From Myxococcota bacterium (GTDB lineage Bacteria > Myxococcota_A > Polyangia > Nannocystales > Nannocystaceae): a DNA stretch of 64,000 bases. This document shows positions 1-8,994 of the stretch, in pieces (within the stretch, counting starts at the first letter, position 1; each line of letters begins with the position of its first letter). Position numbers and translations under genes: made by a program. Where the stretch lies: positions 157,153 through 221,152 of the forward strand of contig JBCCHT010000018.1 in the NCBI GenBank assembly GCA_039028615.1, given 5' to 3'. A model generated the notes under the pieces. The model was not told where the DNA came from. It made no database searches and worked only from the letters and a program-made list of their open reading frames with translations.

Positions 1-551
1 TCGTCGCACTGCTCGCGGGAGATCTCGAACTTCTCGGCGAGGTTCTCCGCGGTGTTGGCCATGGCACAGCCGGCGTGCGGGTCGTACAGCGAGGACCACA
101 GCGTGTCCTCGAGCTCGGGGCTCTTGCCGAGCTTGATGCCGAAGCGGATGCCACGGGCCGCGTAGGGGGCCTGGCTCATGTTCTCGGTGCCACCGGTCAG
201 CACGACCTCGGCGTCGTGCAGGAGGATCTCCTGCGCGCCGTTGACCACGGCCTGGAAGCCCGAGCCGCACAGGCGGTTGACGGTGAGGGCGGGGGTGGGG
301 ATGGGCACGCCAGCCTTGAGGCCAATGTGGCGAGCCATGTACAGCGCGTCGGCCGAGGTCTGGGCGACGTTGCCGAAGACCACGTGGTCGATGATGTCGG
401 GGGCGACGTTACCGGCTTCGAGCGCGGCCTTGGCTGCAACGACCCCGAGGTCGATGGCGCTGTGGTTCTTGAGCTTGCCGCCGAAGGTCCCGAAGGGGGT
501 GCGCTTGGCAGCAACGATGAAAACGTCTCGCGAGAGAGCTTTGGCGGGCAT
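1..551 (-). CDS. Acetyl-CoA C-acyltransferase (thiolase), runs off the left edge
   Basis: Manual translation from ATG at 551: MPAKALSRDVFIVAAKRTPFGTFGG...TVNRLCGSGFQAV...GGTENMSQAP, the thiolase N-terminal signature with the active-site Cys. Absent from the ORF track because the stop lies outside the window. Confidence 0.93.
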   Translation of the reverse strand, partial: MPAKALSRDVFIVAAKRTPFGTFGGKLKNHSAIDLGVVAAKAALEAGNVAPDIIDHVVFGNVAQTSADALYMARHIGLKAGVPIPTPALTVNRLCGSGFQAVVNGAQEILLHDAEVVLTGGTENMSQAPYAARGIRFGIKLGKSPELEDTLWSSLYDPHAGCAMANTAENLAEKFEISREQCD

Positions 552-759
552 GCGTTTCTCCAACCATTCCCGGCCACGACCGGGCCGAGTATGTGAACGC
601 TCCGACGAACTGGCCCAGCTGTGGGCTCGCGCCGAAGCCATCGCACTGTAGTGCAAGGCACTCCGCGCTGCCGGCGTTCGCCGGCCCGCTTCGCCCCGAA
701 GTCGTGGATTTTCCTCACGGTTTGAGGCACCGTGCGGAAGTGCGGTTCAATCGAGGCGC

Positions 760-1596
760 GTGAGCGAGCCAATGCCATCGTCCATGTTCGGCCCGAAGCG
801 ACGGCGTTGGGCTCGTCGTGGTGTCACGATCGCGGTGACGTGTGGCCTATGGAGCCTGGCGCCGGAGGCGAGTGCTGCACCCGAGTCGGCCGACGCTGCA
901 CAACAGCAGCCCGCCGCTGCGAAAGAGCAGCCGAGCCCGAGCGAGAGCCCGACTCGCTTGTCGCGGTATCTCACTCGCGACGTTCGACCGGGTCCACACT
1001 TTGTCGATCACGGGGTGCTGCAAGCCACCGTCGCGGGCGGGTGGCCGCACCTTTATCGAATCGGTCTGTCGCTCGGTGTGCTCGACCACATCACCGTGGG
1101 GGCCACCGCTCACTGGGTGCCGGGTCAGAGCGCCCCGCGGTGGTCGCCCGACATTGCGATCGCGTTTTATCGGGGGCGTTCGTTCGAGGTCGGGGCGTGG
1201 CACATGTGGTCGCTCTATCCTCCGCCCGTCGATGACCTCGATCCAGCGACGCCTTCGTATCAGCGGGAGGCGCAGTGGATTCTGGGGACGGCGAGCTTTG
1301 GGCAGGCGGCGCTGACGGCTGGGGTCGATGTGGGGACGGTGCGGGAGCGGGTGGATGATCCGGGGATGGATCCGAACGATGACTCTACGAATCCGTCGAT
1401 CATTCGGTGGCGGTTTGGTGGGGGGATGCATCTGCGGGCGGGGACTCGGCGGTGGGGGTTTACGGCGCAGGTGTTGGTGCCGCAGGTGATGGCGGAGATT
1501 CGGTTCGATATTCGGTTCGGGTTGTTCGAGATGCGGCGTAAGGGGGGGTGGAAGTTGCGGCGGAGTATTGCGGATTGGGATCGGCCGTTGGGGTGA
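760..1596 (+). CDS. Secreted hypothetical protein, possible outer-membrane beta-barrel
   Basis: Signal-peptide-like N-terminus (…LWSLAPEASA), Ala/Pro/Gln linker, then alternating aromatic/hydrophobic strands. Confidence 0.6.
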   Translation: MSEPMPSSMFGPKRRRWARRGVTIAVTCGLWSLAPEASAAPESADAAQQQPAAAKEQPSPSESPTRLSRYLTRDVRPGPHFVDHGVLQATVAGGWPHLYRIGLSLGVLDHITVGATAHWVPGQSAPRWSPDIAIAFYRGRSFEVGAWHMWSLYPPPVDDLDPATPSYQREAQWILGTASFGQAALTAGVDVGTVRERVDDPGMDPNDDSTNPSIIRWRFGGGMHLRAGTRRWGFTAQVLVPQVMAEIRFDIRFGLFEMRRKGGWKLRRSIADWDRPLG

Positions 1597-1608
1597 GACG
1601 GGCGGCCC

Positions 1609-1770
1609 CGGTGAGGGCTCTTGCGAGTGGGTGGAGCGGCAACGGTTGTGGGGAGCGGGCACGGTTGGCTTCGAAGGGGCCTGGTGAGGGCTGGGTTGTG
1701 GGGAGCGGGGCTGTCGGGTTGGAGGGGTGAGTGGGGCGGTTCGGTGAGGGCTGGGTTGTGGGGAGCGGGG
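1609..1770. repeat. Degenerate direct repeats (GGTGAGGGCTGGGTTGTGGGGAGCGGGG, 60-bp spacing)
   Basis: Identical 28-mer at 1683 and 1743; partial copy near 1609-1660. Confidence 0.75.
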
Positions 1771-1778
1771 ACCGTCGG

Positions 1779-1959
1779 CTTCGATGGGGGGGAAGGGGGC
1801 CCTGTTGACGCCAGACGCCTACCCCGGACGTGCTCGGCGGCGATGGGGAAATCGGGTGCTTGTAGGAGCGCATAGTCGCCGCCTCCGCGCGACCGGGGGC
1901 CCCTTCCGGCTACGCGGGTGCCCCTCACGGCTAGAAGGAGGGGGTTGGTCGGGCTCCTG
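1779..1959 (-). repeat. 181-bp dispersed structured intergenic element, copy 1
   Basis: Reverse complement aligns end to end with 8436-8616 with about 14 differences by manual alignment. Confidence 0.9.
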
Positions 1960-1974
1960 ATACGGCCTGCTGTG

Positions 1975-2180
1975 TAGGGCGGTGGTGCTCGAAGGGTGTG
2001 GGGCGGTGCGGTATCGAGTGGGGTAGGTCGCGATGTGGGGCGGTGATGTTCGAGGGGGGTCGAGGGGGCCGCCGCTTTAGGGCGGTGGTGCTCGAAGGGT
2101 GTGGGGCGGCTCGATGTGGGGTGGTGTTGTTCGAGGGGGGTCGAGGGGGCCGCCGCGTTAGGGCGATGGTGTTCGAAGGG
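1975..2180. repeat. Degenerate tandem duplication built from GGCGGTGGTGCTCGAAGGG/GGTGATGTTCGAGGGGG units
   Basis: TAGGGCGGTGGTGCTCGAAGGGTGTGGGGCGG at about 1975 and 2078; GTTCGAGGGGGGTCGAGGGGGCCGCCGC twice; five GGTG..G[CT]TCGA[AG]GGG cores. Confidence 0.75.
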
Positions 2181-2318
2181 GGTGGGGCAGAGGGGTGGTG
2201 GCCCGTGGGTGGGCCGGGGTGACGGCCCATTGGTGGGCCACTTGGGGGAGTGGGGTGGGGCAAGTATGCGAGATCAGGTGGGGGGAGGGGCGGCGCGGAT
2301 TCTGCTTTGGGTGGGGGC

Positions 2319-2675
2319 ATGGTTCGTTTCTACGTCCTCCTGTTGTTGCGCCTGTTGGTTCTGTGTTCGGTCACGGGGCTCGCTGGGTTGGCGAGTGGTT
2401 CGGCTCGGGCTGCGAGTGTGCCGGTCTTTGGTTTCGTGGTGCCGGCGTTGTCGGGGCAGCTCAACCTCAATACGGCTTCGGCCGAGCGCCTCGAGTTGTT
2501 GCCGGGGGTAGGGCCCGCGACGGCGGCGAAGATCATCGCGTACCGTGAGCGGAGGCCCTTTGCCAACATTCGTCAGGTCATGCGGATCAAGGGGATCGGG
2601 CGCAAGCGCTTCGATGCCTGGCGGCCCTACCTGGTGGTGGAAGGGGAGACCACGCTGCACGTGGCTTCGCCGTGA
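2319..2675 (+). CDS. comEA: ComEA-family helix-hairpin-helix DNA-binding protein
   Basis: Hydrophobic N-terminus, then LNLNTAS.ERLELLPGVGPATAAKIIAYRERRPF…IKGIG (two HhH motifs). Start set at ATG 2319. Confidence 0.85.
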   Translation: MVRFYVLLLLRLLVLCSVTGLAGLASGSARAASVPVFGFVVPALSGQLNLNTASAERLELLPGVGPATAAKIIAYRERRPFANIRQVMRIKGIGRKRFDAWRPYLVVEGETTLHVASP

Positions 2676-2790
2676 CCGCCTGTTCTCGTGCTTGCCTTGC
2701 TCCAACTCCCCTCGGGGCGCGGGTCGTCACCCGCCCTCGTCGGGGGGATGGACGCATGGCGGCTCGACAACCTGCTAAGGTGCCCGCGCC

Positions 2791-3927
2791 ATGCTTCGCA
2801 CGCGCACGCGCTGGGCTCTGGTCGTCGGCTTTGTCGTCTTGGCCGGGTGTCGCCACAAAATTCCTGCTCCCTACGCCCGAGGGCAGGGGCCGGTCGCCTC
2901 CGATCTGCTCGCCCGCACGGGCGCTCAGCTGCCCGCGCTGCAGGTGTCCGATGCCACGGTGGTGGCCAATCGAGTCGCGCGGGGCAACCTGGCCTTCATC
3001 GCCGAGGCTCCGGGGCGTTTCCGAGGCACGGTGGGGCTGGCGGGCAACGAGCTCGTCACCCTCGCGTTCCATGAGCAGGGCTATGCGCTGCGGTACAAGA
3101 TGGACGCGTTTCCGCCGGGCTACTACGCGGGGCCGCCGTCGGACTGTGCCGTGCAGGCGCTGCTCGGGGTCTCGTTCGCCACCGAGGGGTTGGTCGATCT
3201 CGTGCTGGGCGGGGCGCCCGTGATCGAGGCGCCCTTCGAGGTGCGCGACCAAAAGTGGAGCTCCAAAGGGGGCTACGAGTCGCTCACCATCGCCAACGAC
3301 AGGCTCGTGCAAGAGCTGCGCTTCGGCTGGGTCGGCAACGAGTGGCGAGTGGTGGGCGGGCAGCTGTGGGCCCGCAACGGCGACGGTGTCGGCGAGCGCT
3401 ACTGGACGGTCGAGCACGTCGATCTGCAGGCCGAGGGGGAGGTCTACCTGCCCAAGAAGACCAAGGTCATGACGCCGGGCAAGCGGCGGGACGTGACCGT
3501 GGTGATCAACTACAAAAAACGCGACCTCGATCCGGCGTTCGCGAAGAATCGCAAGCAGGCCGGAGGCAAGGGCGGCGACTCCGATCCCTTCGAAGAGGAC
3601 GGCGATCCTTGGGAGGACGAGGGCGATCCCTGGGAAGATGAGGGCGCCGAGTGGGAAGACGGGGCCGAAGCGGCGGGCTCCGCCGAAGCCCCGGCCGAGG
3701 GCGGGCCGGCTTCGACCGAAGCCACGGGCGATCAACCGGCGGAGCCCGGCTCCGAGGCGTCGGCCGCCGAGCAAGCGCCTCCGCCCGCCGAGCAAGCGCC
3801 TCCGCCGGCCGAGCAAGCACCTCCGCCCGCCGCGAAGGAGCCCGAGCCCTCCGGGCCGCCGCCGATTCCTCCCGAGTTCAGCCTCGAGCCCACGGGGCTC
3901 ACCGTTCGCGGCGATCTGTGTCGGTGA
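2791..3927 (+). CDS. Lipoprotein (possible LolB/DUF4292-like beta domain) with acidic and Pro/Ala repeat tail
   Basis: Lipobox VLAGC; beta-rich core; tail with GDPWEDE repeats and (AEQAPPP)x3. Confidence 0.7.
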   Translation: MLRTRTRWALVVGFVVLAGCRHKIPAPYARGQGPVASDLLARTGAQLPALQVSDATVVANRVARGNLAFIAEAPGRFRGTVGLAGNELVTLAFHEQGYALRYKMDAFPPGYYAGPPSDCAVQALLGVSFATEGLVDLVLGGAPVIEAPFEVRDQKWSSKGGYESLTIANDRLVQELRFGWVGNEWRVVGGQLWARNGDGVGERYWTVEHVDLQAEGEVYLPKKTKVMTPGKRRDVTVVINYKKRDLDPAFAKNRKQAGGKGGDSDPFEEDGDPWEDEGDPWEDEGAEWEDGAEAAGSAEAPAEGGPASTEATGDQPAEPGSEASAAEQAPPPAEQAPPPAEQAPPPAAKEPEPSGPPPIPPEFSLEPTGLTVRGDLCR

Positions 3928-4095
3928 TCTAGGTCCTGCCGAAGTCGCGCGCGCAAGGCCACCGTGGTGCGCCGGGCTGGCGACGACGGCTCGGTCGCCT
4001 GCGGGCGCGTTCGGCCTGTCCGGCTGCCGTTGGGCGCTTCTCGACGGGCAGAAGCCCGTGTGCGTTGGCGCGCGAACACGTCGAAAAATTCATTG

Positions 4096-4124
4096 TTGAC
4101 CGATCGGTTCCTAATGGCTACGTT
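4096..4124 (+). promoter_or_regulatory. Sigma70-type promoter of tetR overlapping an operator
   Basis: TTGACC-17 nt-TACGTT; the -35 lies inside the palindrome TTGACCGATCGGTTCC. Confidence 0.6.
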
Positions 4125-4130
4125 GAGTTC

Positions 4131-4718
4131 GTGCCCAGGCCACGCGAATACGACGAGGATCAGGTCCTCGAGCTGGCGATGGCGCAGTTTTGGTCCCACG
4201 GGTACGAGGCGACGTCGATGAGCGCGCTGATGGAAGCCACGGGACTGGCCAAAGGGAGCCTCTACAAGGGGTTCGGCGACAAGCACCAGCTGTTCGTCAA
4301 GACGCTCGTTCGCTACCTCGAGCGGGGTCGCCACGCGCTTCGCGAGTGCATCGAAGACGCCGACGATGCGCGCGCGGGTCTTCGCCGCTGGCTCGAAGAC
4401 AACGCCGAGCCGGCGGCTCACGATGGCCTACGGCGCGGGTGCTTCGCAGTGAATACCGCGGTCGAGCTCGCGCCCCACGATGCTGAAATACGGAGAGTCC
4501 TTCGGGACCACGAACGGCGAATGGAAAAGCTCTACCAGGACTGCGTGCGCAGGGGCATCGAAGACGGAAGCCTCCGAGCAGACCTCGATCCCCCGAACGC
4601 AGCCCGCTGGATTACCACCGTCGTCTACGGCCTCCAGGTTCGCTCCAAGCTCGGCATGAGCCACACGCTGGGGCTGGAGACCGCCGCGCAGGCCCTCGAT
4701 TCGATGGCCGGGGCCTGA
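4131..4718 (+). CDS. TetR/AcrR-family regulator (NemR/ComR-like)
   Basis: (M)PRPREYDEDQVLELAMAQFWSHGYEATSMSALMEATGLAKGSLYKGFGDK HTH and a GC-F C-terminal motif. GTG start at 4131 preferred over 4065. Confidence 0.9.
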   Translation: MPRPREYDEDQVLELAMAQFWSHGYEATSMSALMEATGLAKGSLYKGFGDKHQLFVKTLVRYLERGRHALRECIEDADDARAGLRRWLEDNAEPAAHDGLRRGCFAVNTAVELAPHDAEIRRVLRDHERRMEKLYQDCVRRGIEDGSLRADLDPPNAARWITTVVYGLQVRSKLGMSHTLGLETAAQALDSMAGA

Positions 4719-4740
4719 GCTCCCCTTTTTTTCTTCGTTC

Positions 4741-4764
4741 ATTTTAGACCGATCGGTCACAAAT
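4741..4764. promoter_or_regulatory. TetR operator palindrome upstream of the SDR genes
   Basis: ATTT-TAGACCGATCGGTCAC-AAAT, with a perfect 12-bp core GACCGATCGGTC; resembles the NemR box TAGACCnnnnGGTCTA; second copy at 4096. Confidence 0.75.
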
Positions 4765-4800
4765 GATCTCATCGACCCCGACAAAAAAGAGAAACGAACA

Positions 4801-5556
4801 ATGACCACGCACAAAAACAAGACGTACCTCGTTACTGGCGGAACCACGGGCATCGGAGCCGCGACGGCTCACCACCTCGCCGAGGCCGGCGCGAGAGTCA
4901 TCGCGACCGGGCGCTCCCCGAAGACACTGGAGGCGGCCACCAAGGCGGCCCCGGCCAACGTCGAGATCGTCGCCTCGGATGCGGGTGATCTCGAGGCGAT
5001 CGGCAAACTCGTCGCGCACCTCCAAAGCTCGTACGGAACCATCGACGGTGCGTTCATCAACGCCGGGATTGCCCCCTTTGCGCCGCTCGAGGCGTGGACG
5101 GAGGAGCTGTTCGACTCACTGTTCAACGTCAACGTCAAAGGCCCGTTCTTTCTCACCAAGAACCTCGTCCCCATCATGAACTCCGGGGGCGCGATCGTGT
5201 TCAACACCTCCATGGTGCACTCGATCGGCATGGCCTCGGCTGCGGCCTATGGTGGCTCCAAGGGCGCTCTGCGATCGATCGTTCGTTCGTTGTCGGTGGA
5301 GCTGGCCGACAAGGGGATTCGAGTGGCGTCCATCGCCCCGGGGCCCATCGAGACGCCGATCTACGGCAAGCTCGGCATGGACGAAGCCCAGCTCCAGGGC
5401 TTCGCCGCTCACGTGGCCAGCCGCGTCCCCCTCAAGCGCTTCGGGACCGCCGACGACATCGCCCAGGCCGCGGGGTTCTTGCTCAGCGGCGGCGCTGGCT
5501 TCATTACCGGCACCGAGCTGGTCGTCGACGGCGGCTGGGCCAACAACGTCGGCTAG
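4801..5556 (+). CDS. Short-chain dehydrogenase/reductase
   Basis: TGGTTGIG, INAG, YGGSK, PGPIETP, VDGG. Confidence 0.95.
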   Translation: MTTHKNKTYLVTGGTTGIGAATAHHLAEAGARVIATGRSPKTLEAATKAAPANVEIVASDAGDLEAIGKLVAHLQSSYGTIDGAFINAGIAPFAPLEAWTEELFDSLFNVNVKGPFFLTKNLVPIMNSGGAIVFNTSMVHSIGMASAAAYGGSKGALRSIVRSLSVELADKGIRVASIAPGPIETPIYGKLGMDEAQLQGFAAHVASRVPLKRFGTADDIAQAAGFLLSGGAGFITGTELVVDGGWANNVG

Positions 5557-5572
5557 CCCCGCGGAGCGCCTC

Positions 5573-6412
5573 ATGGACCATCCCGCAATCGCACGAGGAA
5601 ACGTCGCCGTCATCACGGGCGGCGCCAGTGGAATCGGCCTCGCCGTCGCACGAGCGCTGTCCAGCAAGGGCATGCGCGTCTGCTTGGCCGACCTGGAACA
5701 GGAGGCGCTCGACGCCGCGACGAAGACCCTCGACGGTGAAGCCATCGGGGTCGTCGTCGACGTCTCGGTCGTGTCTTCATTGGAGACCCTGCACCAGACC
5801 GTCGTCGACCGCTTTGGGCGAGTCGATGTGTTGATGAACAACGCTGGCACCGGAGGCGGCGGCCCGACCTGCTTCGGGGGTGCCGACCAGTGGCGACGCA
5901 TCCTGGGCGTCAACCTGTGGGGGGTGCTCAACGGCTTGCAGGTCTTCGGAGAGATGATGCTCGCTCAAGGCACGCCCGGCGCCATCGTGAACACCGGGTC
6001 CAAGCAGGGCCTCACGAATCCCCCGGGCAATCCCGCGTACAACATCAGCAAGGCTGCGGTGCGTCGGGTCACCGAGAGCCTCGCCGCCGAGCTGCGAGCC
6101 CGCGAAGGCGGCTCGGTCACCGCACACCTGCTCGTTCCCGGCTTCACCTATACGGGCATGATCGCCAAGTCGATCCCCACGCGCCCGCCCGGGGCATGGA
6201 CGTCCGAGCAGGTCGCCGACCGCCTCCTCGAGCGCATGGGCCGGGGGGACTTCTACATCCTCTGCCCCGACAACGAAGTCACCGAGTCGATGGATCACGC
6301 CCGGATGCAGTGGAACCTCGACGACATCGTCGAGAATCGACCCGCGCTGTCCCGTTGGCACCCCGATTTCAAGGAGGCATTCGGGCGCTTCATGGACGAC
6401 GCTGAAGGCTAG
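5573..6412 (+). CDS. Short-chain dehydrogenase/reductase
   Basis: TGGASGIG, NNAG, YNISK. True start at ATG 5573 (MDHPAI); the ORF-track start at 5249 overlaps the previous gene. Confidence 0.93.
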   Translation: MDHPAIARGNVAVITGGASGIGLAVARALSSKGMRVCLADLEQEALDAATKTLDGEAIGVVVDVSVVSSLETLHQTVVDRFGRVDVLMNNAGTGGGGPTCFGGADQWRRILGVNLWGVLNGLQVFGEMMLAQGTPGAIVNTGSKQGLTNPPGNPAYNISKAAVRRVTESLAAELRAREGGSVTAHLLVPGFTYTGMIAKSIPTRPPGAWTSEQVADRLLERMGRGDFYILCPDNEVTESMDHARMQWNLDDIVENRPALSRWHPDFKEAFGRFMDDAEG

Positions 6413-6496
6413 ATGCCGGGGCGCTCGCAGGCAGGGCCGCCGTTGCGAGCGAGCCGAGACCTGCGTGCTGCCCGGGCGACCGACCCGCGGCGCCCT

Positions 6497-7600
6497 CTAC
6501 CAGTCTTCGGGCTCTTCCGCGTCGTTCCTCTTGTGGTTCCTTCGGGCGAAGTTCCTTCGCTCGCGCCGCGCGGTATGGCGGGCGTAGGAGTCCTGCCGCT
6601 CCTGTCGATGACGCTGCTCTCGCTTCAGCTTGCGTTGGTGCTCGAGCCACCCCAGATCGAGCGCCCCGTCTGCGGCCGTCGAGTTCACGACGCAGCCGGG
6701 TTCGTGCTGATGTCGGCAGTCACGGAAGCGGCACTGAGGGGCCGCGCCCTGCCACCCGTCCGTTGAGCTGTCCACCTTCGCCTCGGGCGCCCATGGCTTG
6801 AACTCCCGCATGCCCGGAGTATCGATGAGCAACCCTCGACCCGCGGGGCATGGCTGCCCGCTCGTCCCGCGCTGCGGCAGCGGCACGAGCTGGCGTCGTG
6901 TGGTGGTGTGCCGTCCCTTCGCATCGCTCCGCACCGGAGTCACGCGCTGGAGGTCGTGTCCCACCAGCCGATTGAGCAACGTCGACTTGCCGACCCCCGA
7001 CGAGCCGACCAGGGCCACCGTGCGTCCGGCCCTCAGGTGTCCACCGAGGCCGTCGTAGTGCCGATCGTGCAACGCACTCAGCACCACGACTGGGCGGTCT
7101 CGCGCCCGAGGCCCCAGCCGCTCGACATGCGCACTCACGTCGCGACACAGATCCGCCTTGTTGAGCACCACGACCCCCTGCGCTCCCCCAGCGTGGACTG
7201 CAGTGAGATACCGTTCGATCCGACGCGGACTGAATTCTCGATCGAGCGCCGCGACCACGAACACCGTGTCCACGTTCGCTGCGATCACCTGCGGCTGCAT
7301 GTCCAGCCCCGCCCGAGCCCGCATCAACACCGTACGCCGAGGCAAGATCGCCTCGATCCGCGTGAGCCCCCCGTCCATCGGTCGGCTCACCACCCAGTCC
7401 CCCACCGCGGGGCGCTGGTCGACCGCATGCCGCCGCATTCGCCCGGCGAGCATGCCCCAACTCTCTCCTTCTTCTTCCGACACCAACCCGTACCGGTCGG
7501 AGTACTGCACCGCCACCCGAGCGGCCCGAAGCTCATCATCGTTCAGCCCATTCAGGGCCCGCTGAAACCACTGGCTCCAGCCATACAACTCTCGTCTCAT
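6497..7600 (-). CDS. rsgA: Ribosome small subunit-dependent GTPase A
   Basis: OB fold (PAVGDWV), circularly permuted G motifs NKAD, GSSGVGKS, GRHTT, DTPG, and Zn finger CRFRDCRHQHEPGC. Confidence 0.95.
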   Translation of the reverse strand: MRRELYGWSQWFQRALNGLNDDELRAARVAVQYSDRYGLVSEEEGESWGMLAGRMRRHAVDQRPAVGDWVVSRPMDGGLTRIEAILPRRTVLMRARAGLDMQPQVIAANVDTVFVVAALDREFSPRRIERYLTAVHAGGAQGVVVLNKADLCRDVSAHVERLGPRARDRPVVVLSALHDRHYDGLGGHLRAGRTVALVGSSGVGKSTLLNRLVGHDLQRVTPVRSDAKGRHTTTRRQLVPLPQRGTSGQPCPAGRGLLIDTPGMREFKPWAPEAKVDSSTDGWQGAAPQCRFRDCRHQHEPGCVVNSTAADGALDLGWLEHQRKLKREQRHRQERQDSYARHTARRERRNFARRNHKRNDAEEPEDW

Positions 7601-7787
7601 TGTAGGTCGTCATTCCCAGGCGACGAGATCCCATCGCCCGCCAGCTACGCCCCGCGACCCCACAACCGTGCGACCACGAGCCGCAACCATTCCGGTCACG
7701 AAACGGCGCAACACCCCAGAAATGACCAACCCCGCCCGATCCAGCCCTCTCAGGCCGTTCGAGCGACGCTCACGCAAGCCCCGGACC

Positions 7788-7856
7788 TCAGCCCGTCAGC
7801 CCACCATCACCCCGAGGACGCTCGCCACACAGATTCACCAACTTCGAATTCATCAT
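7788..7856 (-). CDS. Putative leader peptide (uORF) upstream of rsgA, MMNSKLVNLCGERPRGDGGLTG
   Basis: Strong SD AGGAGGTG (complement of 7861-7868) directly before ATG ATG; 22 codons then TGA; lies about 190 nt upstream of rsgA. Confidence 0.45.
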   Translation of the reverse strand: MMNSKLVNLCGERPRGDGGLTG

Positions 7857-8435
7857 CACGCACCTCCTCGTAGGCTGCTGCCTCCACCATGCGCCGCCCC
7901 ACCCACCCCGTCAAGCCATCACTCCGATCGATGCCAACCGCACAACCGGAGTGAGCACGACCGCCGCCGAGAACGGCCCAAGGCAAAGGTCTCGCCGAGC
8001 GGTGAGATCGTGGGGCGCAACGGCAAACACCGCCCCCCGCGAATCGCGTGCGAACAAAGAGAGCCGTGAAGCGGCGAAGGGCGTGGTCGCAACGACAGCC
8101 GCCGCGAATGGTGTGCAGCCGCGAGGACTCGTAGAGCGTTGACTCGCGGGCGAGGCGGCAACGCGAGCGGGCGAGGTGATCGTTGCGGGGCAGCGTTGCG
8201 GCGAGCAACGAGTCGTGATTCGGGACGATGACGACCCGCGCAGCAAAGAGCGCAAGGATCAGGCGCCAGAGCTGAGTCGTGGACGAGGCCTCGTATCGCG
8301 AAGCTCGTCGGCACCGCGACCTGCCTTCTCAGACCCACGCGCCAACCCAACGTTCCCCTCGGGCGAAAACCACCGCCCCACACCCCCCACCACGCACCAC
8401 CGCCCCAACCACCCACAACCAAAAAGCACCCCGCC

Positions 8436-8616
8436 CAGGAGCCCGACCAACCCCCTCCTTCAAGTCGCGAGGGGCACCCGCGTAGCCGGAAGGGCCCCCC
8501 GGTCGCGCGGAGGCGGCGACGATGCGTCAGTCCAAGCACCCGAGTTCCCCCATCGCCGCCGAGCACGTCCGGGGTAGGCGTCTGGCTTCAACAGGGCCCC
8601 CTTCCCCCCATCGAAG
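8436..8616 (+). repeat. 181-bp dispersed structured intergenic element, copy 2
   Basis: Inverted copy of 1779-1959; internal helices CCCCTC/GAGGGG, GCCGG/CCGGT, GGCGGCGA/TCGCCGCC. Confidence 0.9.
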
Positions 8617-8994
8617 TCGCTCGAGCCCGTTCCCCAAACTCAGAAAGGAACCGCAAAAGAAAACCCCCGAACGAACAACCCGAACCACCACCCCACCCAA
8701 CCGCCGCCGCACCCCAGTCGCTGCACTCAGCTTGCCTCCCCCACCACCGTGATCGGACGACCCCACGCGTGTAGGTCCCTGTGATCCAAAAAAATCCAAT
8801 AATTCCAATCACAACCCCTTGCGCCCCCCCCCCTCGTGCTTAAGTTGCCCCCGAACCGATTTGCGCCGAGTCGAGTCGTCGAGCCCCCCTTGCGGGCTCC
8901 GACTCGACGAGCCGCAACCCGGCAGGACAAGCAAGACGATCGAGCACCACGGTGGCGCTCGACGTCCATCACCCCAGCCCCGACAGGAGCACTC

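Noticed and set aside
7900..8430. Short ORFs between the rsgA leader and repeat copy 2
   Set aside because: Low-complexity translations with no recognisable family or supporting RBS.
1779..8616. Composite transposon bounded by the inverted 181-bp copies
   Set aside because: No transposase, no target-site duplication seen, and the enclosed genes look native.
8780..8813. CRP/FNR-type site TGTGA…TCACA
   Set aside because: Half-sites are about 24 bp apart instead of 6.
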